Shown here: piece by piece, positions 53,445-64,000 of the stretch
Position numbering within the stretch: the first letter of the stretch is position 1
Layout: every line of letters starts with the position of its first letter
The notes under the pieces: generated by a model
Told to the model about the DNA's origin: nothing
The model's input: the letters and a program-made list of their open reading frames with translations, nothing else
The model's database searches: none
Program-made: the position numbers and the translations under genes
Assembly: GCA_013239625.1 (NCBI GenBank)
Contig: MU053513.1
Span: 2,654,927-2,718,926, forward strand
Reading direction: 5' to 3'
Source: Lama guanicoe
Taxonomy: Eukaryota
Length of the DNA stretch: 64,000 nt

Positions 53445-53620
53445 TGGTGGCTCCCAGCCTGGGTTGTGCATTAGAATCGCCTGGGGAGTGCTTAAAAAAA
53501 TGGGGATGAGGAGATTACACAGATCAATTAATTCGGAGTCCCTGGAGTGAGCCTCAGTCACTGGTACCTTAAAACAATTTCCCTGGTGACTCAAATTATT
53601 GCTGGGCCTGAGAACTATTT
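53445..53620. mobile_element. MER5A-like hAT-Charlie DNA transposon
   Basis: tgcattagaatcgcctggggagtgcttaaaa ... tccctggtgactc ... ctgagaacta. Confidence 0.75.
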
Positions 53621-54074
53621 TTCCATAGTAAACAACTACAGAACAACCTCTTCGCCCTAAGCCAAAGGGGCCATTATTTTAGGAGGCGGGTAATAGATGG
53701 ACTAGAACTCACCTCCTCAAATTGTATATGTATTTGAAAAGAAAATATAGGAAGAGCCAAAAGTTTAAAATCCACAACTGCACTTTGTATACCTAACTGC
53801 AGTCAATATAAAAATCGGATCCAAAGTGGACAAGTATACATAAATGATGCTTATTGCTGGTTATTGAGCCTTGAGAATTATAAATCAGTATGTGGACTTG
53901 AAGGTTCTTATATGCTAAGCACTTTGGGGTAATAAGTACAGGAAGTGATTCCTGTCTCCGTTAAACTATCCTGAGTGGTTTCTGAACATTTTATGTACGA
54001 TATGGATTAGGTATAGAATATATCACTAAATAAAAAGTTCCCCTTTTTTGAAGAACGGAGGTAATCTGAATAAA

Positions 54075-54235
54075 ATATGGAACTTAGTTAAAAATAATGA
54101 GATCTGTACGTAATGTCTTATTAATTATGACAAATGAAAAACATTAATGTAAGATGCTGGGTGTGAGGTATATGGAAACCCTGTACTACAATCTTTGAAA
54201 TACATTTTAAATGTGAAACTGTTCAAAATTTAAGT
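54075..54235 (+). mobile_element. L1MC-like 3' end fragment
   Basis: ctgggtgtgaggtatatggaaaccctgtacta ... tgtgaaactgttcaaaa. Confidence 0.7.
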
Positions 54236-55065
54236 TTCCTTTTTTAAAAGCCTGTCCTTTTTGTTTTTTAAAGCTTATATACATCATTCAATGCTACCTT
54301 TTTCTGTATGAGAATGTGAACTTCAGTTGACTTTCTAGCTCTCTTCCCTTTTGACCTAATGAAGTAGAATAGGAACTATGTAGCTGAGCTAGCATTCCTT
54401 ATGATAAAAATGACACCTGGTTGATAAATTGCACCTGAGCTAGGAGAACCCGATAGGAAGCCATGGCTTTAGGCTGACTTGAGTGTGGTGGGGACTCCTT
54501 CTAATTGGCATGACCCTTGTGGGGGTCTTGAAAGCTGTATCTATGGCCTTGTTACAGGCGATATTGGCTCCTGTGAGGAGTAAGGCTTTTAAACCAAGGT
54601 AGCTCTCACACCTGTCTGGCATGAGGTTCGCTTCCATACACTTCAGCTGTCACCTGGATGCCAAGAGACCAGCTTCTGGGTGGCTGTATGGAGCTGCAAG
54701 ATGTCCCCCAAAGAGGAGAGCCTGATGCTGCCTTGCTGGCAGGCAGTGTTTCTTGTCCTAAATTTTTCTGAGCAGCTAAATTGCCGAGCATAGCCCCTAG
54801 GAGACTGGTGGGTCTCATAGAAGAACACTGCCTGATAGATGTCACCTCCTTCCTCAGAGAAGCTGTAGACAGATGAGAAATGGCGTTATATTTTCTTTCA
54901 TACATCCGGACATACATGTATTGAGTGGTTGTGTAAATCAATTCAAAGATCAGTAAGCAGAGGTAATTGTTCATGCAAATTATGTGGAATCATAATTAAT
55001 TCAGAGATGATCAAAGAAAAAAGGTAAAAGGCCCAAAGGGGCACCTCTTTCTTCCTTTCTTTCTT

Positions 55066-55130
55066 TCCATCCATCTGTCCACCATCCATCCACTCACCCA
55101 TCCATCCATCCATTTATCTATCTATCTATT
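55066..55130. repeat. (TCCA)n/(TCTA)n degenerate tetranucleotide repeat
   Basis: Direct inspection. Confidence 0.85.
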
Positions 55131-57139
55131 GTTAATTGAGATTTTTCCTTCTGAGGGGACAACAGGATGTAGTTAACAATTTATGATGGAGTCTAATTTG
55201 ATAACTCAGGTCTCCTGTAGAGCTAGATGTAACAAGAGGGTATTACAGGTCTTTGGTACATTTGAAGGTCCCCCAAATCAAGAAAGATATTGAGGGACAA
55301 ATATTTTTTTTTTAAGAGGAGGGCAAAACTTTTAAAGAGTTAGGTAGATGTGGTATGTTTTTCTTCTTTTCTGTTTTCCATAAATAGAATTGTAAATGGA
55401 AATAATGGATCATCATATTTGTCATACTGACCAATGAGACCGCTAACTCTCTAATTGTAAACAAAATCAGTTCTAGATGCTTTGAAATAGCTTCTCTTTT
55501 AATAGTTTCATTTTATGTTAGTGCTTTTTCATTCTCTACATTGGTCAGAAAAGTATATTTCTAAGAACCACAGCTCAAATCACATGACCATATAACTGGA
55601 TTTCAGCAGCCACCGAAAGTCCTCCCCTAACCCATGTTCGGAACCATGCCCTAAGCCCATCCAGGAGCTCCTTGTGGATGAAATGCAGGGAGAAGAGGGA
55701 GCAGGAGGGCCGCCTTCCATCCGGGTTCCCCCTTCTTAGGCTAATTATGATGGGCTTTGTGGAATCTAGACAGTTCTCAGAGGTTTCCACAGGTTAGCGG
55801 GAGGCTTAGTCCCAGCGAGTAAGCCCCTGCTTTGCCATCGCTGCACCTACAACCTACGGAATCAGTGTGCTTATTTGGTTGTACTGAAACCATTTTTCAT
55901 AGGCTGTGTTTCCCACTAGACTCCGGTGTGGGTGCCTTGGAAGCAGAGACTGGGTCTCATTTATCTCTGATTCCCCAATGAGTATCACAACTAGGAGGCA
56001 TTTAATTAATTATTAGGATGAAAATACACTTTGGGGGAAATAGAGGAGTCCCAGATAAAGGGTCTGGGAGATGATTCTGAATCTCTGGGCAGCATGGTTA
56101 CAATTTACCAAAGAAAGAAAATATGAAAGTAGTTTAGAAAGATGGTTGATAAAGTATCTGTTTATTCTGCCAAGTTCAATTTCTTACAATTGTGCCCTGT
56201 TCAAGGCCAGCAGGGCCTCTAGATAAATAGTTGTTTCCAAATGTTCACCATGCCAAGATTTCATTATCTAATATAGGCACTAAGAACTCAAGGTAGGAGC
56301 TAATAACTCTGTTGCTAGTAAGGACACCAAATTAAAAATTAACAGTGCAATCACATAAAATCCCAGTGATAGCATCACAATTAGCTCTGCAAAACAACAC
56401 AGTTCTTTTCAGAATCTTCCTTTGCTCCTATACTGCATTTTGTCTGATAATCACTTGCCAACAAAGACATCATACTAATTACAATTTGTTATACAAAGGG
56501 CAGGAAAACTGATAAATGATTCATTGATTATTTTCTTTCAAAAATAATTCTTCCATTCTTGTCCTTAAGTTACATTTGGATAATAAATGGAGGCTTTAAG
56601 TGCTTTCCCAGGGAGTTATTTAGAAGAAATCATGTTGACAGTTTTAATTCTTAGCAACTTAGCAACTGTGAGTGGATAACCATTTAAAAAAAAAAAAAGG
56701 AGGAGGAGGAGGACAAAATAGACACAAAATTTGTATTCTTTGCATGTGTGGAAATGAGTGGTTCTTTTAAAATGTAGATCTGTTCTATAAAATGTTCTTT
56801 GCTTCCCTTCAAAATACTTCAACACCCACAATTCCTAGTTGGGAGATGCGAGTCTCAGTCCTCCGTAGCCCCAGGTGGATGGCCAGAGGGGGCAGGTGTT
56901 GCATAGCATTTATCCTGGTTTTCCTGTCCTGATAAGGTCAGCACATGATAGCTGATTTGCTGGAGGGCCATGGCTGGGCTACTGCAGGAATGTGGGGGGA
57001 GAGGGCTGTGAGCCAGTTCATAAGGTTTGCGGCGACAAGGAAGGAGTGACCAGGAGGTCTTCTCTTTGATGACTTCTCTCCCCTAAGTGAGGGAGCGAGG
57101 GAGGGGGGGAGGGCGCGAGTAAGTTAGAAACCTTGTGAT

Positions 57140-58590
57140 CTCCGAATATATACAAGAGGCCCAGGGCTTTCTCCAGCTGGACGTTTCCCCGTGTGTGTAC
57201 GATACTCTTCACCTGTAACGTCCCCAAGCTGACCTTTGTATGTTTTCTCAACTGTTTTTCCAATTTCTTTTTCCTTGTCTCAAAGATGTCAGCAGTCACG
57301 TAGCAGAAGCATTTCTTCATTGTCTCCATCTCTTCGTTCTCCCTTAACTCCACGTGTTACTCCTGGGTTTTACTTCAGAATGTTTCTCAGATTCATCCCA
57401 TTCCTCTTCCTTCACTGAGAACCTCATCATCCCCATTAGGGATGTGAATGAAAAAAAACTGCAAACCATATCAGTGAACAAAGAATGCTGAAGCCATCAA
57501 GTCAGCAGCAGCTGCCGCCAACCCCCAGTGAAGACCAGCCCGCAGCCCGGCCTCTGCAGCCCCTCACAGTGGTGCACTCTGAGGGGACTCAGAATAAGAA
57601 AGGACAGGATACTGGCCCTAGATAGCTGGGTGCTTGTCAAAGGAATGAATTCAATGAGCCCAAATGTTCGCTTCCTCCTGTATATAGAAAAGCACTAAAT
57701 TCTTTAACTTGAGATGCCTGGTTTTCTTTAGATAACAAGTAATCTTTTAATGTTCCAACTACCTGGCCTTTGTTGTAAAGCTCCTATATAGCTCCTCCCC
57801 TGCCTCTTCGGAGCAGTCCCTCAGAGCCATCTGAGAAGCTGTCATCCCAGGCTGAGTCCTCAGAATTGTCTGCTGAATAAAACATAACTCTCACCCTTCA
57901 GGTTGTGCATGTATTTCAGTCAATTACAGGGACGACTGTAATTGCTTCTTGACCACTCTCTGCTTTTGGTCTTTCCTCCCACTTTCCCATCTCCTAAACT
58001 GCTACCACGGTGACTTTTCTATAATGCAAAGCTGACTCCCCTTGCTCAGAATACTTCCATTGCTTTCCACCACCTAGACCAAACAATCAAGGCTAGCATT
58101 CTTTACCTTGTATTAAAAAATCGTCATCATTTTACCCCTGTTTACCTTTCTGGTCTCGTACCTATAAGCTGACTCTCATGTGGTATATCTGAACCATTTA
58201 GAATAACTTGTAGAACGCCATACTGTGCCATTTGTCAATTTAACAGACACTCATTGTTTAGATACGGTACCTTTCTACGTCCTGGGGATATAGATGTGGT
58301 GTCTTTGCACAGACTATTCTGGAATGCCAGTCCTAGGGAGACTTCACCGACTCTCCCAGGCAGAGGCAGCCAGGCCATTTTTGTGCCACCAGGATTTATT
58401 GACCAAGCACACACAGCTCTGATGTGGCATATTATAAACACGTGCTTTGGTATCTCTTTTCCTCACAAACCTCTAAGATTGAAGTCCTTGAAGACAGGCT
58501 ATGCCCCATTCATCTCTGTATCCTCAGTGTATAGGGTAGTGCCTGGCAGGGAGTAGACGGCTGGTAAACGTTTTCAGAATGAATGACAAA
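57140..58590 (+). mobile_element. LINE-2 element split by the solo LTR
   Basis: L2 motifs on both sides of the LTR: ttgtctcaaagatgtcagcag ... cctcatcatc before it, and gactgtaattgcttcttgac ... gattgaagtccttgaagacagg ... gtgcctggca ... gaatgaatga after it. Confidence 0.7.
57443..57928 (+). mobile_element. Intact 486-bp ERV solo LTR (probably class I / ERV1)
   Basis: TGT...ACA termini, a perfect 4-bp TSD GGGA (57439-57442 / 57929-57932), TATATA at 57785-57790 and AATAAA at 57876-57881. Confidence 0.88.
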
Positions 58591-58799
58591 TACTGTCCAT
58601 CATGCGTCCAGGAGACACATACTTCACGGCCCTGTGGGCTGCTAAATACAGGCACATCACCAGAGGCCCCACAATATGCATGCCTCCTGTCAAAGCAATC
58701 CCCCAATTTCTGGAACAAAATAAAACTTGTTTTGTTGAAAAACAAAAATAAACAGAACTGGAAGGAAAGTTAACAGTGGTTTCCTCAGGGTGGTGGGCT

Positions 58800-59330
58800 T
58801 CCGGAGGGAACCTGCACACAGGTTGTTCTCTCTGCCTGAAATGTCCACTCCAACCCCACCTCCACACACACAGAGTCCCTGCCTAGGTAACTCTCATGAA
58901 CCCTTCATCTTCATCTCTTAACTCATTTGCATTTTTTCAGAAAAGCTTGTCTAATCCTCCCCCTCCCCAGACTAAGTGAAGTCTCCCTGTCATGCGTTAT
59001 TATAGCAACAAATATCTTCTTTTGTAGCTTTATCCACCTGCAATTATATTTACTTGTGTAATCATTTGACCAATTTCTAGTTCTCCTTCAAACAAGGACA
59101 GGTTCCATGTCTGTTACATGGGAGATGCTAAGTATTTGTCAAATGATAAAGGAATGATCTAATTTACTCCCCATAATAATTATCCGAGGTAAACACCATT
59201 ATCTTATCATCTGCATTTTCCGGAGAAAACAGACACTGAAAACAATGACCTTACCTGCCCAAGGTCACAGTCAGGGAGGAAAGCCTGGGACAGTTACTGG
59301 ATTCCTGCATACGGGCTTCCCGGCTTCCGT
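58800..59330. mobile_element. L2 3' fragment (plus) and MIR (minus)
   Basis: tctctgcctgaaatgtcc ... aagtatttgtcaaatga, then cattatc ... cattttc ... gacactga ... acctgcccaaggtcacag. Confidence 0.65.
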
Positions 59331-60996
59331 AGCCCAGAGAACTCATCTAGAGCTATTTTAAACCTTGAAATGAATGAGCTCAGCTTCATTATTCACTGTT
59401 GAATGCCTAAGAAAATTATTAATCTTACACATGAGTTTAAAAAATTTGCGTGGAGCCACAGAGGGTTTGTCTTTTCTGATCTCTCAGCTCTGATTGGAAA
59501 TAAGTCAGTACTGAGTGTTGCTGAAATCTCTACCCCAAAGATCCATGCGGGTGTCTGGAATCTGATGATAGAAAAGGCGGGCCGATTTTCTCCTCTAATG
59601 TGTGGTTCTTGTATAATTTCCAGTGTGAGTCTGAAATAATTAAAAAAGGAATCTGATGCTTCCAATTTAGTGAAACATATCTGACAATCAGGTATTGAAA
59701 ATTTTATTGTTGTGTTATTTTAGAGCCTTCCTAAAATCCTAATCCCATTCCTCTTACAGAATAGGTAGATTCTTTCCTATTAAAAGACACTGAACACAAT
59801 GGCAGATGAAATGTGGGCACGTTAAGCAGTTGCTCAGAACCTCAGGAAAGTATGGGTCTTGATTACACCCAGCTCTACGGACCCCAGTGAACAGGGAGCG
59901 GAAACAGAGGCCCATCTCAGTACACACGTACCACCTGGGGACAGCTTAGCCACACTCAGCACACTTTCCAAGGCCGCCTGCTGATCCCACTCTTAGCTGC
60001 TCTTGGACTCAGCCAGAGGGGACTAAAGTGCAGTCCCAGTTTGCAGGGTACCTAGCCTGGTGAGAAGGCAGGTCACACAGCACCACATGGATTACAAGAA
60101 CAGAAGTGGATCCCACTTTCTGCCCCTCAGAGGGAAAGTAAGGAGCACCGCTGCCCCACTTCCCAGGGTGGTGTGAACAAAAACCCTCCGTACTTGAAGG
60201 AGTGGTCGTCAAGGTTTCTAACTCATTAAATATCTGAATGCTTAGTTCGTCTGCTTCTAGCGAGATCTCACTATTTTCAATGCTGATTTAAGTTACCCTT
60301 AAAACAAGCCTGTTGTTTTTATTCCCCTTGTTTCAGATGAGCTCTCTTCCTATGATTCAGCCATGCAGTTAGACCAGAGCTCTGAGGAGTCAGCTCCCCA
60401 CCTGGCCTGTTACATCATGTTAATGCCGAGTCTCAGACCTGAATTATTTTAACGGTCCATTTTATAAGCTACTGTCTGAATTCTTAGAAAAACTGGCAGG
60501 TTTTATTCCCTAACCACTTAATAAAATCCCTCTCCAGGTTTCCTCTTTCAGAAGGGGATGGTGTGAAGCAGGTCAGAGCACTTTGGTCCTGCCAACCAGG
60601 CAAATGCCTTTGTACCAGGGCACTGGGCAGGCTGCTGGTGAGCAGGAACGGACTCTTGTGTTAGCAAGCCCAGGGTGAAGGGGAAGCTCATTTGAGAGCT
60701 GTTTTTCTCACCTGGAAAAGTATAGAATTCCTGCAAACTGCTGTAGAAATGTCGGATTGTCATGTGAAATAGATTAGCCCTAATGGAAAAGCCTCAGAAT
60801 AACAAACAGAGAGCTTGCAAATGGCAAGAAATAGTGGGGACCAAGCAGTGCTTTGCTGTGGTGAATGTCTTGGTGCATTATTCATGCATCTTTGTTTTTA
60901 TTCAGAGCTGTGTAGACACATATCTGGTTAAATACATTAACTTTCCCATTCTAACTGAGTCATTGAGCAGAAATAGGTTCATATCACTGACTGTAA

Positions 60997-61490
60997 TGTA
61001 TCAGTCAGGGTCTAGACAAGAAACAGAAACCACTCTAAGTACTCCAAAGAGAGAAAATTTAATACTGGAATTGGTTACACAGGAGGACATGAAAAGTCCA
61101 TCAGGGGAAGTGAAGCACCCCAAATAAAGGCTGTAGAAGGAAGCCAGTACCCTCAGCAAGTGGCATTGCCAGAAACCATACACCCAGCCTGGAACAGGTA
61201 CCACTGTGAAGGCTGCCCAGCAGATGCTGGGGCCACGGAGGGAGGGGATGTCCAGTGGGAGCGGAGCTAAAGAACAGCTTCTTTTGGAAACATCCCCCAA
61301 AGGCAGAAAGAGAAATACGTTGACTGCTCCCTCTTCCCATCCCCCAGTCTTCTGCCAGGACCACCTACTGGCCAAAACTACCTGGAAGCTGGTTGTCAAG
61401 GGAGCCTGAAGGATGGTGCTTCCTGTGATTGACAGTAGAGCAAGGGAAGGGAAGGAAATGGACCTAAGGACAAACAGGCAAATGGCAGCG
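60997..61490 (-). mobile_element. Ancient ERVL-MaLR LTR (MLT1M/N-like)
   Basis: tgtatcagtcagggtctagacaagaaacagaaaccactcta ... aatttaatactggaattggttacacagg ... ctggaagctggttgtcaagggagcctg. Confidence 0.65.
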
Positions 61491-62287
61491 CTGCCCTCCA
61501 GCATCCCATCCATGGCAAATATCAAGTGCATCCCTTCTGTGCTATAAGCTCTGCAATTCGGTTAACTTTCCTTTTCATTTCCTTATATTTCTGTTGATTG
61601 TTACTGACCTATCCCTCGTGCCCTGTGTGACACACAGATGCTGCAGGTTGCTAATAGAAAAACAAAGATCGGGAGGAATGTGCCAAAGGTGGAGGCTAGT
61701 GGGAAAGACATTACACATTTTATTTGGATATTGCTTCATTAAAAAAAAAAATCTGGATAGAATGTTATTTTTATTCTTTAAGTATGTTTCTTTTGACAGC
61801 CTCTACATTAAAAAAAAAAAAAGGACTCATGACCATTGAATAATTATTGTGTCCATAAATCATTTTTAGGATGGGCTTAGGGGCACCCAGAGTATGAAGC
61901 GAAATGGGCTGTAGGCTGAGAGCTGTTCCAGCAAGGTGCAGAATGGCTATGGGTGAAAAAGGAGAAGAAGTAAAATGTGTTCTATGCATCCATCATCCCT
62001 GCTTTCTACCTCCAGCCCCTTGTGGCATTCCCCAGGCTTGCTGGAGCATAGGCCCTGGTACCCTCTTCATGTTCCTCGAGGCCAGATAGATCCTTGCTGG
62101 TGGATGCTCTCGGGGAGCTCGTGCTGCCACAACCAGCAGTGGAATCTGTCCCCACCTTCTGGGGCCATGAGCCTGCCTCTGGCCAATCCCAGCCTCCACT
62201 TTTACTGCCCACGTGCCATTTCTCTTGTGCCAGTGCAACTCATGAGACCTGAGTCTCACCGCATGATGGTCGGGCTATCTTCATGAC

Positions 62288-62475
62288 TTCCATTTATCAA
62301 GAGCCTATTATGTGCCTGAATTATTTTACTTAATCCTCATGGCAACTCCCAGTTTATAGATGAAGAGACAGATTTAGAGATTAAATAATTTGCCTAGAGT
62401 CATTCAACCAGTAAGACAGAGAAGCGTGGTTTGAATTGGCTTCTGTGTCCAAGCACATGCTCCATTAGACCATCT
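62288..62475 (-). mobile_element. MIR SINE
   Basis: ttaatcctcatggcaactccc agttttatagatgaagagacag ... gagattaaataatttgcctagagtca. Confidence 0.8.
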
Positions 62476-64000
62476 CAGACAGCCCAGGGCGAGTACAGAG
62501 CAGGCTGCTCCTCATTTATACCAGGCCGTCAGCATCTGAAGAACTTTGCCTTTTAACCAGGCATCTCAAAGGCGCAGTCACAACTCTGTACATGCACAGG
62601 AGCAAGTGGATGGACAGTAAGGCCTTCACGGACAGCCAGCTGGCCAGTGACAGGGATGCGCCCACAGTGTACTGATCAGGACGCACACAATATGCTCTCC
62701 CAGTCCCTGGACTTCTGATCAGCCTTCCATCCCACTGAGTGAGTCAGTGTCAGGTAATCAAACACACTTCTTTCCTTGTCTCTTCTCATTTAGGGGGCTG
62801 TGTCTACTTCCTATGGCTTATTTTGTACCACTTATCAAGACTAATGTGAAATCATTCTAATAATAATCCACCCAAACTGGCCTTCATATCTGATGCCTGG
62901 CGGATTGTAACAGAAATCTTTCCATTTCAGTTTTGAAGCATTGTCTCATCAAACCAACTGGCTGCAAACGGACGCACCTTCTAATCTAGAGGTTATGGGT
63001 CTGCGAGTAAATGCAAAAATTCTATTAGTTTTCAGACCTGGGGTTTATGCTATTCATTTTACATAAAACCAAAATCCTACATAGGAAGAAGAAGACTACC
63101 AGGGACAGATTCATTTTCAAAAGCACCCACTTACATAAGGGGCAAGAAGGCAGTAGCTTCTGAGTTACCATGTCGATACTTTTTATTCCTGCTCATTGAC
63201 TTTGACAAAGACAGTAAATAGCATACAGAGAACAGATACATTTCAAAGAAATATTTAAACACTGATTAATGTAACATTAAGACATGTAAAGTCTCTTGCA
63301 TTAAGAGAGAGAGAAGTTAAAATGCCTCTGGTTTCTTAACGAAACTGCACCAAGCTTATATAAGCCTAAATTCCTTACCTTAACCTGAGCTTAAAATAAT
63401 GGGCTGACTTGACAGAGCTTTACAAATCCTAGCAATGAACATTATCATTTATTACCAGAATGAGCGATAATCGGAGTAGCAGGGAGATACCACATATTGG
63501 GAAGTGTCCAAAGAGCTTAGCAAGACAATATTTCTTTTTCACAATACAAAGATAAAAGAGTCGTAAAACTGAGTGTTCATTTCATTCACTTGGAAGAGAA
63601 GGGCAGGTGGGTGTTTTCGTTAAACAGATTGCAACCCTTTCCTCTAGGAGCGTAAAGGAGAATGAACAAACACAGGAGGTAATGTTCACTCCACAGTGCG
63701 AGAAGGTACATGGATTTAAAGTCCATCGCGGTAATTAAATTTCAGTGTTGACACAGTACATCTCAACATTCAGAGTTCTAAATATAGTTTATACAGTGCC
63801 TGTGAGCAAAATGCAATGCATATGAATATTCATCTCTGCAGCGACGATTCTTCTGCCACATGCTCAGAAAAGAAGGGCTGAGATTAGGACAGACCAGAAC
63901 AGAGTCCGCAGAATTTGATGATAATCATTTCCCATTGTTGAAATGATCTTGTGGCCTTATCTGAGGCAGTGGTTTCCTAAACATTTTGGGTTGCAGAACC

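Larger units (their letters stand above)
24624..64000 (-). other. ST6GALNAC3: 3' portion of a large ST6GALNAC3 intron; upstream exons lie beyond the window
   Basis: No sialylmotif-L, stem or transmembrane exon is recognisable upstream. The sequence is repeat-rich with no credible ORF. Confidence 0.85.

Noticed and set aside
54612..54862. Exon-like minus-strand segment open in two frames after a ctgtctacag acceptor
   Set aside because: The donors are weak (gtgaca, gtgtga) and I recognise no homology. It is indistinguishable from a pseudo-exon.
57018..57353. 111-aa minus-strand ORF that looks protein-like (MELRENEEMET...)
   Set aside because: It overlaps an antisense L2 remnant, has no proper splice acceptor and shows no recognisable family.
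1..64000. CRISPR arrays, operons, prophage or other prokaryote-type systems
   Set aside because: The window is eukaryotic intron/UTR/intergenic DNA, with no regularly spaced repeat-spacer array and no dense coding.

Overview
Mammalian genomic DNA, most likely camelid, based on three Vic-1-type tRNA-derived SINEs. The only protein-coding gene I can support is ST6GALNAC3 on the minus strand. Two coding exons are present: the 108-nt sialylmotif-S exon (24516-24623) and the terminal exon (CDS 23267-23453, sialylmotifs III and VS). A multi-kb 3' UTR runs down to about 21.2 kb or 17.3 kb. No further exon of the gene is recognisable, so 24624-64000 is read as one large intron. Positions 1-17 kb are downstream flank. 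Much of the remaining sequence is interspersed repeat (L1, L2, CR1/L3, MIR, MaLR and ERV LTRs, hAT DNA transposons, SINEs, microsatellites), and nearly all ORF-track ORFs are spurious or repeat-derived. I found no convincing new biological system. The best leads are candidate alternative 3' ends of ST6GALNAC3 that would remove catalytic motifs (15.5-15.8 kb, 50.5-52.8 kb, 63.2-63.6 kb), a 25-bp direct repeat in the 3' UTR, and an intact antisense solo LTR. Repeat families were assigned by eye, so boundaries of old repeats are approximate.
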